A stretch of DNA of 64,000 nucleotides, from contig OZ024758.1 of NCBI GenBank assembly GCA_964016885.1, forward strand, positions 31,930,001 through 31,994,000. Direction: 5' to 3'. This DNA comes from Eledone cirrhosa. Its lineage: Eukaryota. A program made the position numbers and the translations under genes. This document shows positions 52,317 to 64,000 of this stretch, piece by piece (within the stretch, counting starts at the first letter, position 1; each line of letters begins with the position of its first letter). The notes beneath the pieces are model-generated. The model searched no databases. It had not been told where the DNA came from and saw only the letters and a program-made list of their open reading frames with translations.

Positions 52317-52611
52317 ATATAAGTTAAAACAATGAAATAAAAAATCAAGTCATTAGAGATATACTTCAATGCTTTACGATCGTTTCTAGATGATGATAAT
52401 ACATTGTAGCTATACTCAGATTGCTTTTGAAAACAGCTGGTGATATGCATGTAAGTAAATATTCTCTTTATCTGATAGTTTGTAACTAACCTTACATAGA
52501 TCATTAACTGAGTATAGCTACAATCTATTATCATCATCTAGAAACGATCGTAAAGCAGTGAAGTATATCTCGAATGACTTGCTTTTTTTATTTCATTGTT
52601 TTAACTTATAT
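52317..52611. repeat. Foldback inverted repeat (~100-bp arms) with HHR 3' half
   Basis: 52317-52419 is the reverse complement of 52508-52611. The arms contain GAAA-CGATCG-TA. Confidence 0.75.
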
Positions 52612-52741
52612 CATGACTCTGTTTTCCTTTTAATGTTTTATTGTTTTCTGAGATTTATCTTAACCTACATTTTCAACATATGGATTACATCGAGTTCTTC
52701 ATGTAGAATAGACCCCACAACTTACTGTGGATCCCTCTGTG

Positions 52742-52803
<62 letters not shown>

Positions 52804-52823
52804 TATATATATATATATATATA

Positions 52824-55311
52824 CAGTGAGTCCTCGATATTCGGTAGTTCTTTATCCGGTAAATTCACAGATACGGTTTTGGGTAATTACTACCATCAAT
52901 TCTATTTACGGTAAAAAAAATTCCCAGATACGGTTTTTGGTCATGTTTTGTTTATATTATACCGTAGCGCTACCTACAGTAAGCAATAAATTCCCCCCTG
53001 AATTCGTGGAAACTGACTGCTATTCGAATTCTAGGAAAATTGTTTTACTACTGCTATCGTACTAACTGACCTTACCGAGAAACTGGCCAATCACGAGCGA
53101 GTTCAGATATCAGTCGATGACGTCATAACTCTTAACTGATCACTTCAGTTTGGCAAACTAGCGTGTCCTCTCAGTGAAAGAATTTTTGCCGAACTGAAGT
53201 GATCAGTTAAGAGTTATGACGTCATTCAAAGTAAGAGAAAACCTGACGGCGTGTTTTTGAAGCATAATTATCACGACATATCTTATAACCCCATATCTCA
53301 TGGCCCCAAACATCCTGCGAATATTGCTGATGCAGATGGAAAGGCCAAACGCATGAGGAAGAGCCTAACTTTGGAGATAAAGCTGGACATTTTGAAAAGG
53401 AAGGAACTGGGGCAAGGTACGTTCGCCATAAGTCGTAACTGAGGCCTAGCCCAGTCTACATTCTGGACTGTTTTAAAAAATAGTGAGGCTGTCAAAAAAG
53501 CTGGGGAGAATGCTATGAGTCTACAGAGTAAATTGTTGACCAAACACCGTGAGCCGATTATGGATAGGATGGAAAGGTTGCTCAAAATTTGGATTGACGA
53601 CCAAAATTGTCAAAATATGCCTCTGTCTTTAAATGTAATCAGTGAGAAAACATTGTCCATTATTGACAGGCTCAAGACTGAAATGGGGGTGGTATTCAAG
53701 GCAAGCAAAGGCTGGTTTGATAAGTTCAAACAACGTTCGAGTCTTCACAACATAAAAGTTACAGGTGAGGCTGCCAGTTCTGACAAAGAGAGTGCTGAAA
53801 AATTCAAGGCAGAGTTAGAGAAATGCATTGCAGAGAAGGGGTACAGCAAAAATCAGGTTATTTATTATGATGAAACAGGACTTTATTGGAAAAAGATGAC
53901 CAGTAATACTTATATTGACAAAGAAGAGAAAAGTGCGAAGGGGTTCAAAGCCTCAAAGGACCGCGTTACTTAGAGGGAATGCAGAAGGAGATTTAAAGCT
54001 AAAGCCACTCATTATCTACCATTCTGAAACTCCAAGAGCACTCAAGAGGTTACTTAAGCAATACCTACCAGTGATATGGAAGTCTAATAAGAAGGCATGG
54101 CTGATCACTTCAATTCACCAGGATTTTTTCACCTCATATCTGTCATCAACCCTTAAGGAATATGCATTAGCTAACAACATTGCCAACTGTTTTCTGCTAT
54201 TAGTGGACAACGCTCCCAGCCACCCACGGGCAATGGAAGACTGGTCAGAAAATATTGAGGTTTTGTTTCTCCCCCCAAACACCACAGCTCTCATTCAGCC
54301 GATGGATCAAACAGTCATCAAAACATTTAAGGCATGCTACCAGCGGAGAACCATGCAGCAGCTGATAAAGGGCACAGATGGGCCTGACAAGCCCACGAGC
54401 AGGGAATGGTGGAAATTGTACAACATCAAGCACGGCTTAGACAACATCAAGGTATCTTGGGAAGAAGTGAAGCAGTCTACCATGAACTTGGCCTGGAAGA
54501 AATTATGGCCAGCATGTGTGAATGACTTCCAAGGCTTTGCTGAGGACATTGGTGCGATAAAAAAAAGATATTGTAAATCTCTGCCATAGAGCTGGCTTCG
54601 ATGGTGTTAATGATGATGATGTGCAAGACCTTTTGGAAAGCCACGCTGAACCACTCTCCAATGATGAACTCATAGAACTAGACAAGGCGATACAGGAGAC
54701 AGAAAAAGAAGAAGAGGAGGTCGAAGAACCTGTGCGTGGCTTGGATATAAAAACTCTAAGAGAATGTCTCGGGAGTATCGAAACAATCTTAGAAACCCTG
54801 AAGGAGCGTGACCCCAACCCTGCTAAGGAGCAGCAACGTGGCTCAAGACGTCGAGAAAAGTGTCAAGATTTACCAAGAAATGTATGAAGCCAAAAGAAAC
54901 ACCGCCAAACAGTCCTCCATCTACTCTTTCTTCAAGCCAGTCACACCTGCCAACCGTGCTACAGCTGGCCCTTCAACATCCACGGCAGTCAACGAGTTTG
55001 TTGGTTTTGAGCCTCCCACATCACCCTCATCCTCCCATGGCAACTCAGCCCAAGATAAGTAAGGGCTGAAACCATACTGTCCCTTAGCCTAGGGAGGGAC
55101 AAATGAAGTGGCACATCATCTGATGGACTACGCGGCATGTGTAAGGTACAGTAAATAAAAAAACAACATTATTTCTTTTCTGTAGAGATGACTTTTTCGA
55201 TGTGCTGGAACGCATCCCTATCTATTGCATGTTACAATGTGTTCTCTATACGGTAATTCGATATACGGTAAGGGTTTCAGGAATGCATATATACCGTATA
55301 TCGAGGACTCA

Positions 55312-55314
<3 letters not shown>
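52824..55314 (+). mobile_element. Tigger/pogo DNA transposon, full length and decayed
   Basis: TIRs CAGTGAGTCCTCGATAT within (TA)n. CENP-B-like HTH (RKSLTLEIKLDIL, FKASKGWFDKFKQR) and DDE_1 motifs (YDETGLYWK, LLVDNAPSHP, LIQPMDQ). Confidence 0.93.
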
Positions 55315-55341
<27 letters not shown>

Positions 55342-55349
<8 letters not shown>

Positions 55350-56519
55350 ATATTTGGGGAGGGTCATATTTGCGTAATATTGCCAGAATTAATAACAGAA
55401 CACACTCACTGTTTGGTTGGTTTTTGCTTCTCGCTGTCTTTTATATATATATATCTGCGATCTAACTTACTCGGTCCTCAATGTTGCCATTGACTGACCG
55501 GCGGTCAAAAATAATACAGATACAATATAGACAAACACATATATATATAGTTTACATAAATCTTTCGTTGCACATCTGCAACATCGTCAGTGGTGTTATA
55601 TTCATTGTTCCTCCTGTTGTGTTGTATGTCTACGCCATTTTTTTGTTCAGTCTGTCTATATATTTATTTATTTATTTGCTTGTTTGTTTATCTTATTTTA
55701 TTTTGTCTTCTTTGCGCATGCGTTTGCGTGTGTGTATAGTGTTATGTGTGATGTGTGACTAGTGTGTATAGTGTTGTGTCTGCTGGGTGACTAGTGTGTG
55801 TTTATGTGCTTGTGTATGTATTTATTTATCTTATTTTATTTAATTTAATTTACTTATTTATTTATACTTCTCTTAGGTCAGTGTTGTTTGTTTGGGTGTT
55901 GTTGTTGTTCCACTCATTCTTTCTGTTTAGCTAAACAGAAAGAATGAGTGGAACAACAACAACACCCAAACAAACAACACTGACCTAAGAGAAGTATAAA
56001 TAAATAAGTAAATTAAATTAAATAAAATAAGATAAATAAATACATACACAAGCACATAAACACACACTAGTCACCCAGCAGACACAACACTATACACACT
56101 AGTCACACATCACACATAACACTATACACACACGCAAACGCATGCGCAAAGAAGACAAAATAAAATAAGATAAACAAACAAGCAAATAAATAAATAAATA
56201 TATAGACAGACTGAACAAAAAAATGGCGTAGACATACAACACAACAGGAGGAACAATGAATATAACACCACTGACGATGTTGCAGATGTGCAACGAAAGA
56301 TTTATGTAAACTATATATATATGTGTTTGTCTATATTGTATCTGTATTATTTTTGACCGCCGGTCAGTCAATGGCAACATTGAGGACCGAGTAAGTTAGA
56401 TCGCAGATATATATATATAAAAGACAGCGAGAAGCAAAAACCAACCAAACAGTGAGTGTGTTCTGTTATTAATTCTGGCAATATTACGCAAATATGACCC
56501 TCCCCAAATATAACAATAT
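55342..56519. repeat. Spacerless palindrome, 589-bp arms
   Basis: Centre ...gtttag|ctaaac... at 55930/55931. Mirror-image ORFs 55481-55762 (+) and 56099-56380 (-) are identical. Confidence 0.95.
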
Positions 56520-56557
56520 CTGTTTCGACACACGATTTCATATAAAAAACCTCGCAA

Positions 56558-56621
<64 letters not shown>

Positions 56622-56639
56622 GCATATATATATATGCAT

Positions 56640-58500
56640 ATCATCATCATCATCATCGTTTAACATCTATCTTCCACGCTAGCATGGGTTTAGACGGGAA
56701 TTGTCCCACTTGAGGCAAGATTGGTCATCTTGCTCGAATGGGACTGTCTGGCAGGTTTTCTATGGCTGGATGCCCTTCATAACACCAACCACGTTTACAG
56801 CGTGGACTGGGAGGTTTTTACCGTGTTACCTACACGGCCACATTACAGTGTGGACTGTGTGTTTTTTTGTCGTGACACCTACACAACCCCATTTATTTAG
56901 GACTGGATGTTGTGGTACCATGGTACCAATATAACTTTACAGAGAAAGGGGTGGTGTGGGTGGGGGTAGGGGTAGTGGGATGGGGGTATATTTTTGGTTA
57001 TATATATATATATATCTGTTCATTGCCCTTCAGGCTATAACAGAGTAGTTTAAGACTGGCTGCCCATGGGAACTTCTCTACGCAGATGATCTAGCGCTCA
57101 TACCTGAATCTATGGCTGAACTAGAGAAGAAATTCCAAACATGGAAGCATGGCCTAGAATCAAAAGGCTTTGAAGTTAACTTGTCTACGACTAAAGTTCT
57201 AGTATGTAGAAAGGAAAATAGGACACAGGTCCCCTCTGGGAAATGGCCATGCTCAGTGTGTAGGAAAGGAGTAGGCAGAAATTCCATATTATGTCCCAAA
57301 TGTAAACTATGGGTACATAAAAGATGTAGTGGGATCAGAGGTAAGCTATCTAAGAACATAGATTTTATATGTGGCCGGTGCTCAGGTGCAATAAGTAGCA
57401 AGTGCCCACAGGACACTAGCTCCTTCTATTGCCCAGATAGTGCTATAGAAATAGTGGACACCTTCCGTTACCAGGGTGACAAAATCAGCAGTGGTGGAGG
57501 GTGCTCAGAAAGTACAGTAGCCAGAGTTAGAACGGGGTGGAAAAAGTTCAGAGAGCTAATACCATTATTGGCTGCTAAAGGTTTCTCTCTAAAAATGAAA
57601 GGCAGATTGTATGATGCCTGCATACGAACAGTGATGTTACATGGCAGTGAGACATGGGCATTGTGTGCAGAGGACCTACTCCATCCTCCCACCCCCACCA
57701 ACACCACCGCTTTCTCTATAAAGTTATGTTGGTACCACAACATGCAGTCCAAACTAATGAGATTGTGTATGTGTCACAACAAAAAAACACACAGTCCACG
57801 CTGTAATGTGGCCGTGTAGGAGACATGGTAAAAAGTTCCCAGTCCACACTGTAAATGTGGTTGGTGTTAGGAAGGGCATCCAGCCATAGAAAACCTGCCA
57901 GACAGTCCTATATGAGCGAGACACAGTTACCCGACCAATCTTGCGTGGAAGATGGACGTTAAACGATGCTGATGATGATGGTGATATATATATATATGCA
58001 TATATATATATACGAATGGCAAATTTACATGGTAGTGAGACCTGGGCTTTGTGTGCAGAAGACTTGCGTAGATTAGAAAGAAATGATGCTTGCATGCTCC
58101 GATGGATGTGTAATAGTAATGTATGCGAAGCTTAAACGAATTGAGAGACAGACTAAACGTAAGAGGTATCAAATGTTGTGTGCCAGAGAGGAGATTGCAT
58201 TGGTATGGACATGTGATGTGTATGAAGGACAATAGCTGTATAAAAAAGTGCAGAGTGGTCAAAATTGATCGAAACTACAGAGTGGGTAGACCAAGAAAAA
58301 CCTGGAACGAGTTGATAAAAACTGGCCTTGCTCACTTACACCTTTCTAAGACAATGTCACTGGATCAAGATCTTTGGCGCCATGCAGTTGTACAGAAGAC
58401 CCACCTTCTCTTGCATACAAACTTAAACCTACAGTCAGTAGGCACCTCTTAACCCAATATACACCCCACCCCATACACCCTACTCCATCCTCCCATTTCT
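56640..58500. mobile_element. Cluster of RTE fragments in both orientations
   Basis: Minus-strand 3' UTR 56640-57000, plus-strand RT/PHD 57015-57680, plus-strand 3' UTR 57680-57985, plus-strand RT C-terminus 58010-58500. Confidence 0.85.
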
Positions 58501-58574
58501 GTCCACTGTAAAGTGGTCATGTTGGTGATATGACAAAAAGCACCGAGTCCACACTGTATATGTGGTTGATGTTA

Positions 58575-61500
58575 GCAAGGGCATCCAGCCAGAGACAGCT
58601 TGTGCTCATGGGAATTTGGGTCTTCTGTATTACTGCATATCGCCAGAGATCCTGGTCATGTGTCATTTCCTTTGAGAAGTGCAATTGGGCATGGTCGGCA
58701 TTTATCACCTCATCCCAGGTCTCCTCACTCCAAGGCATCCAGTGACTGAGCGCTCTGCACATTTTTATGCAACACATGTTCATACCAACGCAATCTCCTC
58801 TCCTGCACACAACATTTGATTCCTCTTATACCTAGTTTCCCAGTCAGTTCATTTATGCTTCGCCATTCTCGTATATTACTATTACACATCCATCAGAGCA
58901 AGCAGGCTTCATTTCTTTCCAATCTACGCAAGTCTTCTCCACACAGCGCCCAGGTCTCACTACCAGGCAACATAGCTGTCCATATACTCACATCATAGTC
59001 TTCCATTCATTTTGAGGGAGAAGCCTTTTGCAGCTAGCAGTGGCAGTAGCTCCCTGAACTTCTTCCATCCCGTTCTTACCCTAGTTATTGTACTTTCAGA
59101 ACACCCACCATTGCTGCTAATTCAGTCACCTAAGTAGCAGAAGCTGTCTACTGTTTCTACAGAGTCCTCTGAGAATTTGGTAGCACTTGTTTCCTGCAGT
59201 CGTTTGCTGCTTACTGTTCCAGTGTAACTGCCACATGTAAAGCCTACATTCTTAGCTAAACTTCCTGAGATCCCACTACATCTCTTGTGTACCCACATTT
59301 TGCATAAGAGGTAGAGGATGGAATTTCTACCAATGCCTTTCCTACATACAAGGCCATTTTCCTGATGGGATCTGGGTTCTGTTTTCTCTTCTACTTACTA
59401 GGATCTTAGTCTTTGGCAGGTTGACTTTAAGACCCCTTTTTTCTAGGCCCTGCTTCCATGTTTGGAATTTCTTCTCTAGTTCCACCTTAGATTCAGCTAT
59501 GAGTGTAAGATCATCCGCGTACAGAAGATCTCATTGCCTGCAAAATGATAATAAACAGGAGTGGGCTAAGGACAGAGCCCTGGTGGATGCCAATTTGTAT
59601 ACTAAATTCCTCGCTAGTTGCTGTTAATCCTCACTTTGCTGACTGCTCTATATATGGCTTGTACAGCCTTCACAAGTCACTCATCTATTCCTAGTTTTCT
59701 AAGAGCCCACCAAATTATGTCATGGGGCACTCTGTCGAAAGCTTTCTCCTCTCCAGATCAACAAATGTTAGGTAGAAAGGCTTACTTTTAGCTAGGTACT
59801 TTTCCTGTAACTATCTCACAAGGAAGAGGGCATCAGTGGTGCTTTTGCCTGGCACAAATCCAAACTGCATCTCATCTAGATATACCCTGTCCCTAATCAA
59901 CTGTGTTATGAGACTTTCTGTTACTTTTATTACCTGGTTCATCAGTTTTATACCTCTATAGTTACCCCATCTAGCGTGTCCCCTTTACCCTTATAGCAAT
60001 TGACAATGATGATGGTATGACGCCATCCAGTATTACTTCGTTTACAATACGCTTGCTTATGGTGTGTCCTACTGACACAGATGCTTTCAGCATCTCAGCA
60101 ACAATTCCCGATAGACCGGCTGCTTTCCCAGTTTTCATATCCTTAATTGGCTTACTTACTACACTGCTACTGACTTTTACTGCTGGGCCTACAATGGGGT
60201 CTGCTTGGGGTAGGGTCTCTTTCTCCCATGTATTCTCTTCATTCAGTAATCTTTCATAATGGCTTTTCCACGCTTCTTTCTTCTCAGAATCTGTGAAGGC
60301 AAGTGCACCTTTATCATCCCGAACACACTTCTCACCGATGACATCGCAATTTTCACTAACACACTGCCTCGCAATCCTGAACACCTCCTGTTTCTGGTCC
60401 TCACGCTGTAAAACATGCTTGAATTTTTTATCCTCTGCTTCCCTCCTAGCTAAGTATATTTGCCGCCTAGCTTCCCTCCTTGTCTCTATGTAATGTATCC
60501 TGCTCCCCACCCCATTCTTCAATTGTTGCCATGCCTGTCTCTTAGCCTTAATTGCTTTGTCTACCTTATTGTTCCACTACCAAGTCACTCTCCTTCTCTC
60601 TGTAGTCTTGCCCCAACCACAGATCTCATCTACAGCTTCTAGTAGGTTATTTTTTAGGAACTCCCAGTGCTCTTCTACATTGAATGCTTCTATCTGTTCT
60701 TCTCTACTGTCATAAGCATCAAGTAAAATATCTCTGAATTTGTTACTGGCTGAGGAGTCTTTCAGCTTCCAGATCTTTCTTCTCCAGGCTGGTTTTTGTT
60801 TCAAAGTTCATCTAGCTCTGACAGTGAAGTCGCTGACTACTAGGCTGTGTTGGGAGGTACATTCCTCGCTCGGGAACGCTTTCGTATTTACAACCATCCA
60901 TTTATCTTGTCCTCTGGTAAGGATAAAAATCTATCGGACTAGTAAGCTCCCCTGATCTATCAGGTGGTATTTCGGTGTTTTGAAGTTTGTGTTACATATC
61001 GACATGTCATTGGCATCACAGAATTCTAGAAGCCTGTAACCTTCTTCATTTCTTATGCCAAACCCGTAGCCTCAATGGACTCTGTAGAAGCCATCACTAT
61101 GTTTCCCAAAGTGTCCTTTAAAGTCCCCTGCAATGAGTAGGAAGTCATTGTCATTAGTTAGAGTGGTAGTGTGCATTAGGGACTCATAAAACCTATCCTT
61201 AAGTTTGTCTGGCAACCCAGATTGGGGTGCATAAGCGGATATAATTGTAGCTATTGTTTTATTTAGGACTAGTCTCAGTTTAATGATTCTCACATTTACC
61301 CTGTTCATTGAGATTACCTAATCTACCCGTTTGTCAGCTAATAGTGTACCTACACCACTCAACACGTTGTCATTTCCCACCCAGAAAAATTTTGTAGCAC
61401 TGTTTTTTATCAATGAGGAGCCTAGCAGACCCTCCTCTCCCTCTAGTCTCTTGCACACAACATACGTCAATTTCCTTTTGCTCCAACATCTCTATAATTT

Positions 61501-61700
61501 CTCCCGTTCTTCCGTTCATTGTGCTCACATTAATGGTGTCTGTTCGGAATTTTGGGAGTTTGACGTCAATAGGGGAGGGTGGGTTTTTGTGGAGTAGAGG
61601 GTGGGTGATGTTTTCTGTATCTGAATTAAGGATTTGCATGGTCACCTGGAAACGTGTAGGTTCATATTCATTCAAAGTTGTTCATCTTCTTCAGTTCATC
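58575..61700 (-). mobile_element. RTE LINE, near full length and heavily decayed
   Basis: APE (CCVQETR, SAYAPQ, IAGDF), linker and RT fragments homologous to 36692-40265. Confidence 0.9.
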
Positions 61701-61926
61701 CATAGACAATGATAGTCAGAAATTTCTCGAGAGGAGAATGGTTAAGAAAGATAACTAGTAGTAGCATTTTGTTGCCGAGGGTGATCGATGAAGGTATGTT
61801 GTAGTTTAATTGGTCAATAAGTCTATGGTGGTGTGTGGTGGTGGGGGAAGGAAAATGTGAGATAGATAAGTAAGTCTAGATGGGGTGGCAAAGAAAAATT
61901 TTGAGGAATTTATACGGAGATTATAT

Positions 61927-63255
61927 ATCATCATCATCAGGTTTAGCGTCCGTGTTCCACGCTTGCATGGGTTTGGACGGAGGTTTTCCCACTTGAGGCA
62001 AGAGTTGTCTTGCTCGCATAGGACTGTCTGGCGGGTTTTCTACAGCTGGATGCCCTTCCTAACACCAACCACATTTACAGTGTGGGGCTGGGAGGTTTTT
62101 ACCGTGTTGCCTACACGGCCACATTTACAGCGTGGACTGTGTGTTTTTTGTCGTGACACCTACACGATCTCATTTGTTTCGGCCTGGATGTTGTGGGACC
62201 AACATAACTTTACATTGAAAGGGGCGGTGTGGAGGTGGTGGGACGGGGGTGTGTTTTGATAGAGATGCCTACTGACTGTAGTAGGTTTTTACTTTGTATT
62301 TAGGTAAGGCGGGTCTTCTCTGTTACTGAGTACCGCCAAAGGTCTCGGTCCAGTGACATTGTCTTGGAGAGGTGTAAGCGTGTGAGGTCGGAATTTATCA
62401 GCTCGTCCCATGTTTTTCTGGGTCTGCCTACTCCGTGGCTACCGTCTATCTTTATTGCCCTGCACTTTGTTATACAGCCGTCGTCTTTCATGCGCATCAC
62501 GTGACCATACCAACGTAGCCTTCTCTCGAGTAAACAACATCTGATCCCTATTATTTCTAATTTTTTTTTCCTTAGTTCGTTTATGCTTTGCCGTTCACGT
62601 ATATTACTATTGCACATCCAGCGGAGCATGCAAGCTTCGTTCCTCTCTAGTCTGCGTATATCCTCTGCACACAATGCCCAGGTCTCACTGCCATGCAGCA
62701 TTGCTGTTCGTATGCAGGCATCGTATAACCTGCCTTTCATTTTTAGGGAGAACCCTCTAGCGGCTAATAGTGGTATAAGCTCTCTGAACTTTTTCCATCC
62801 AGTTCTGACTCCAGCTACTGTACTTTCAGAGCACCCTCCCCCACTGCTGATTTTGTCACCCAGGTAACGGAAGCTGTCCACTATTTCTATAGAACCCTCT
62901 GCGCAGTTGAAGGAGCTAGTATTTTGTGGGCACTTGCTGCTACTTATTGCACCAGAGCACCGGCCACATGTAAAATCTATGTTCTTAGTTAGCTTACCTG
63001 TGATCCCACTACATCTTTTATGCACCCATACTTTGCATTTGGGACATAAAATGGAGTTTCTACCTACGCCTTTCCTACACACTGAGCATGGCCATTTCCC
63101 AGATGGGACTGCCGCCATATTTTCTTTCCTACAAACTAGAACTTTAGTCTTAGCCAGGTTAATTTTAAGGCCTTTTGATTCTAGGCCGTGCTTCCATGTT
63201 TGGAATTTCTTCTCTAGTTCGGTCATTGATTCAGCTATGAGCGTTAGATCATCAT
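61927..63255 (-). mobile_element. RTE LINE 3' fragment
   Basis: ORF 62300-63292 runs from DDLTL through the C4HC3 finger to the stop. Nearly identical to 45935-47275. Confidence 0.92.
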
Positions 63256-63304
63256 ATATATATATATATAAATATATATATAACTCATGCAAGCATTTAA
63301 AAAC

Positions 63305-63460
63305 ATTCTGAGTTCAAATCCCACTGAGGTTAGTTAGCTTTACTTTTCTTCCTTATGGGGTCGATAAATAAAGCACCAGTAATGTACTAGGGTTAATTTA
63401 ATCAACTTTCCCTTTCCCCAAAAATCGTTGGCCTTGTGCCTAAATCAGAAACAATTATTA
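63305..63460 (+). mobile_element. tRNA-derived SINE, diverged
   Basis: gagttcaaatccc, ggggtcgataaataaagcaccag and ggccttgtgcctaaa. Confidence 0.7.
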
Positions 63461-63711
63461 TTATTATCTTTTTTTGGGGGGAAGTTAACAATCTTCACCA
63501 TATCACTAAAAGTACACATACATTGCTATCTGAACAGTTACATTCATGCAATTCCTCTTCTCTCATCTCAAACTGTGTTTCTATTTTCTGTGTGTATCAG
63601 CTATTATAAGCAACCATCTTTAATAATCTTTTATTAGTGGTTTATAGTGCTAATGGTTTTCATTGAAGACGAACACACACTTTGTCCTTTTATGCAATTC
63701 TTTTTAATATA

Positions 63712-63902
63712 TGAGGGTAGGCTGAAAAGTTCATAGGCTGACTATGAAAGATTGATGCTAGAGCTGTGAAATTTTGTATGCATTAATTTCAACTCTTCTT
63801 ATTAATAACAGCATTGTTTCTTTCCAGAAATTATGTTGAAAAATAAACCTTATTTGATCATTCCATGAAAGTGTCTTGGTCAGCCCATGAACTTTTCTCT
63901 TG
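63712..63902. mobile_element. Short mariner-type MITE
   Basis: Imperfect TIRs gaaaagttcataggctgac / gtcagcccatgaacttttc, flanked by TA. Confidence 0.55.
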
Positions 63903-64000
63903 TATATGATATGAAAAAAATATGAAAAACAGTAATAAGGCATGATTTTACTACAACCTCATCATTATTGTGTTTTATATCTGTTTACCAATAATAGTTA

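Noticed and set aside
55481-56380. Duplicated 93-aa gene pair
   Set aside because: Low-complexity T-rich ORF mirrored by the palindrome.

Overview
This is an animal (eukaryotic) repeat-dense window. The SINE and LINE families suggest an octopod cephalopod, which is an inference. I found no supportable host gene; nearly everything is nested, decayed transposable elements, most inserted into (TA)n microsatellites. Non-LTR retroelements: more than a dozen RTE-clade LINE copies whose reverse transcriptase (RT) carries a PHD-type C4HC3 finger, three Naiad-type Penelope-like elements (PLEs) with GIY-YIG endonuclease, an R4/Dong-like remnant, two L1/Tx1-like copies and tRNA-derived SINEs. DNA elements: Helitron derivatives, a hAT (Buster/Charlie), a Tigger/pogo, a maT (DD37D) and mariner remnants. 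The main signal missing from the ORF track is non-coding. About ten type I hammerhead ribozyme (HHR) motifs sit in PLE pseudo-LTRs and in short ORF-less foldback insertions, most with palindromic stem III and a downstream AATAAA. There is also a mini-Naiad with a strand-specific RNA pseudoknot just upstream of its HHR, and a 1,178-bp spacerless palindrome. All structures were folded by eye, and element boundaries are approximate unless terminal repeats are quoted.
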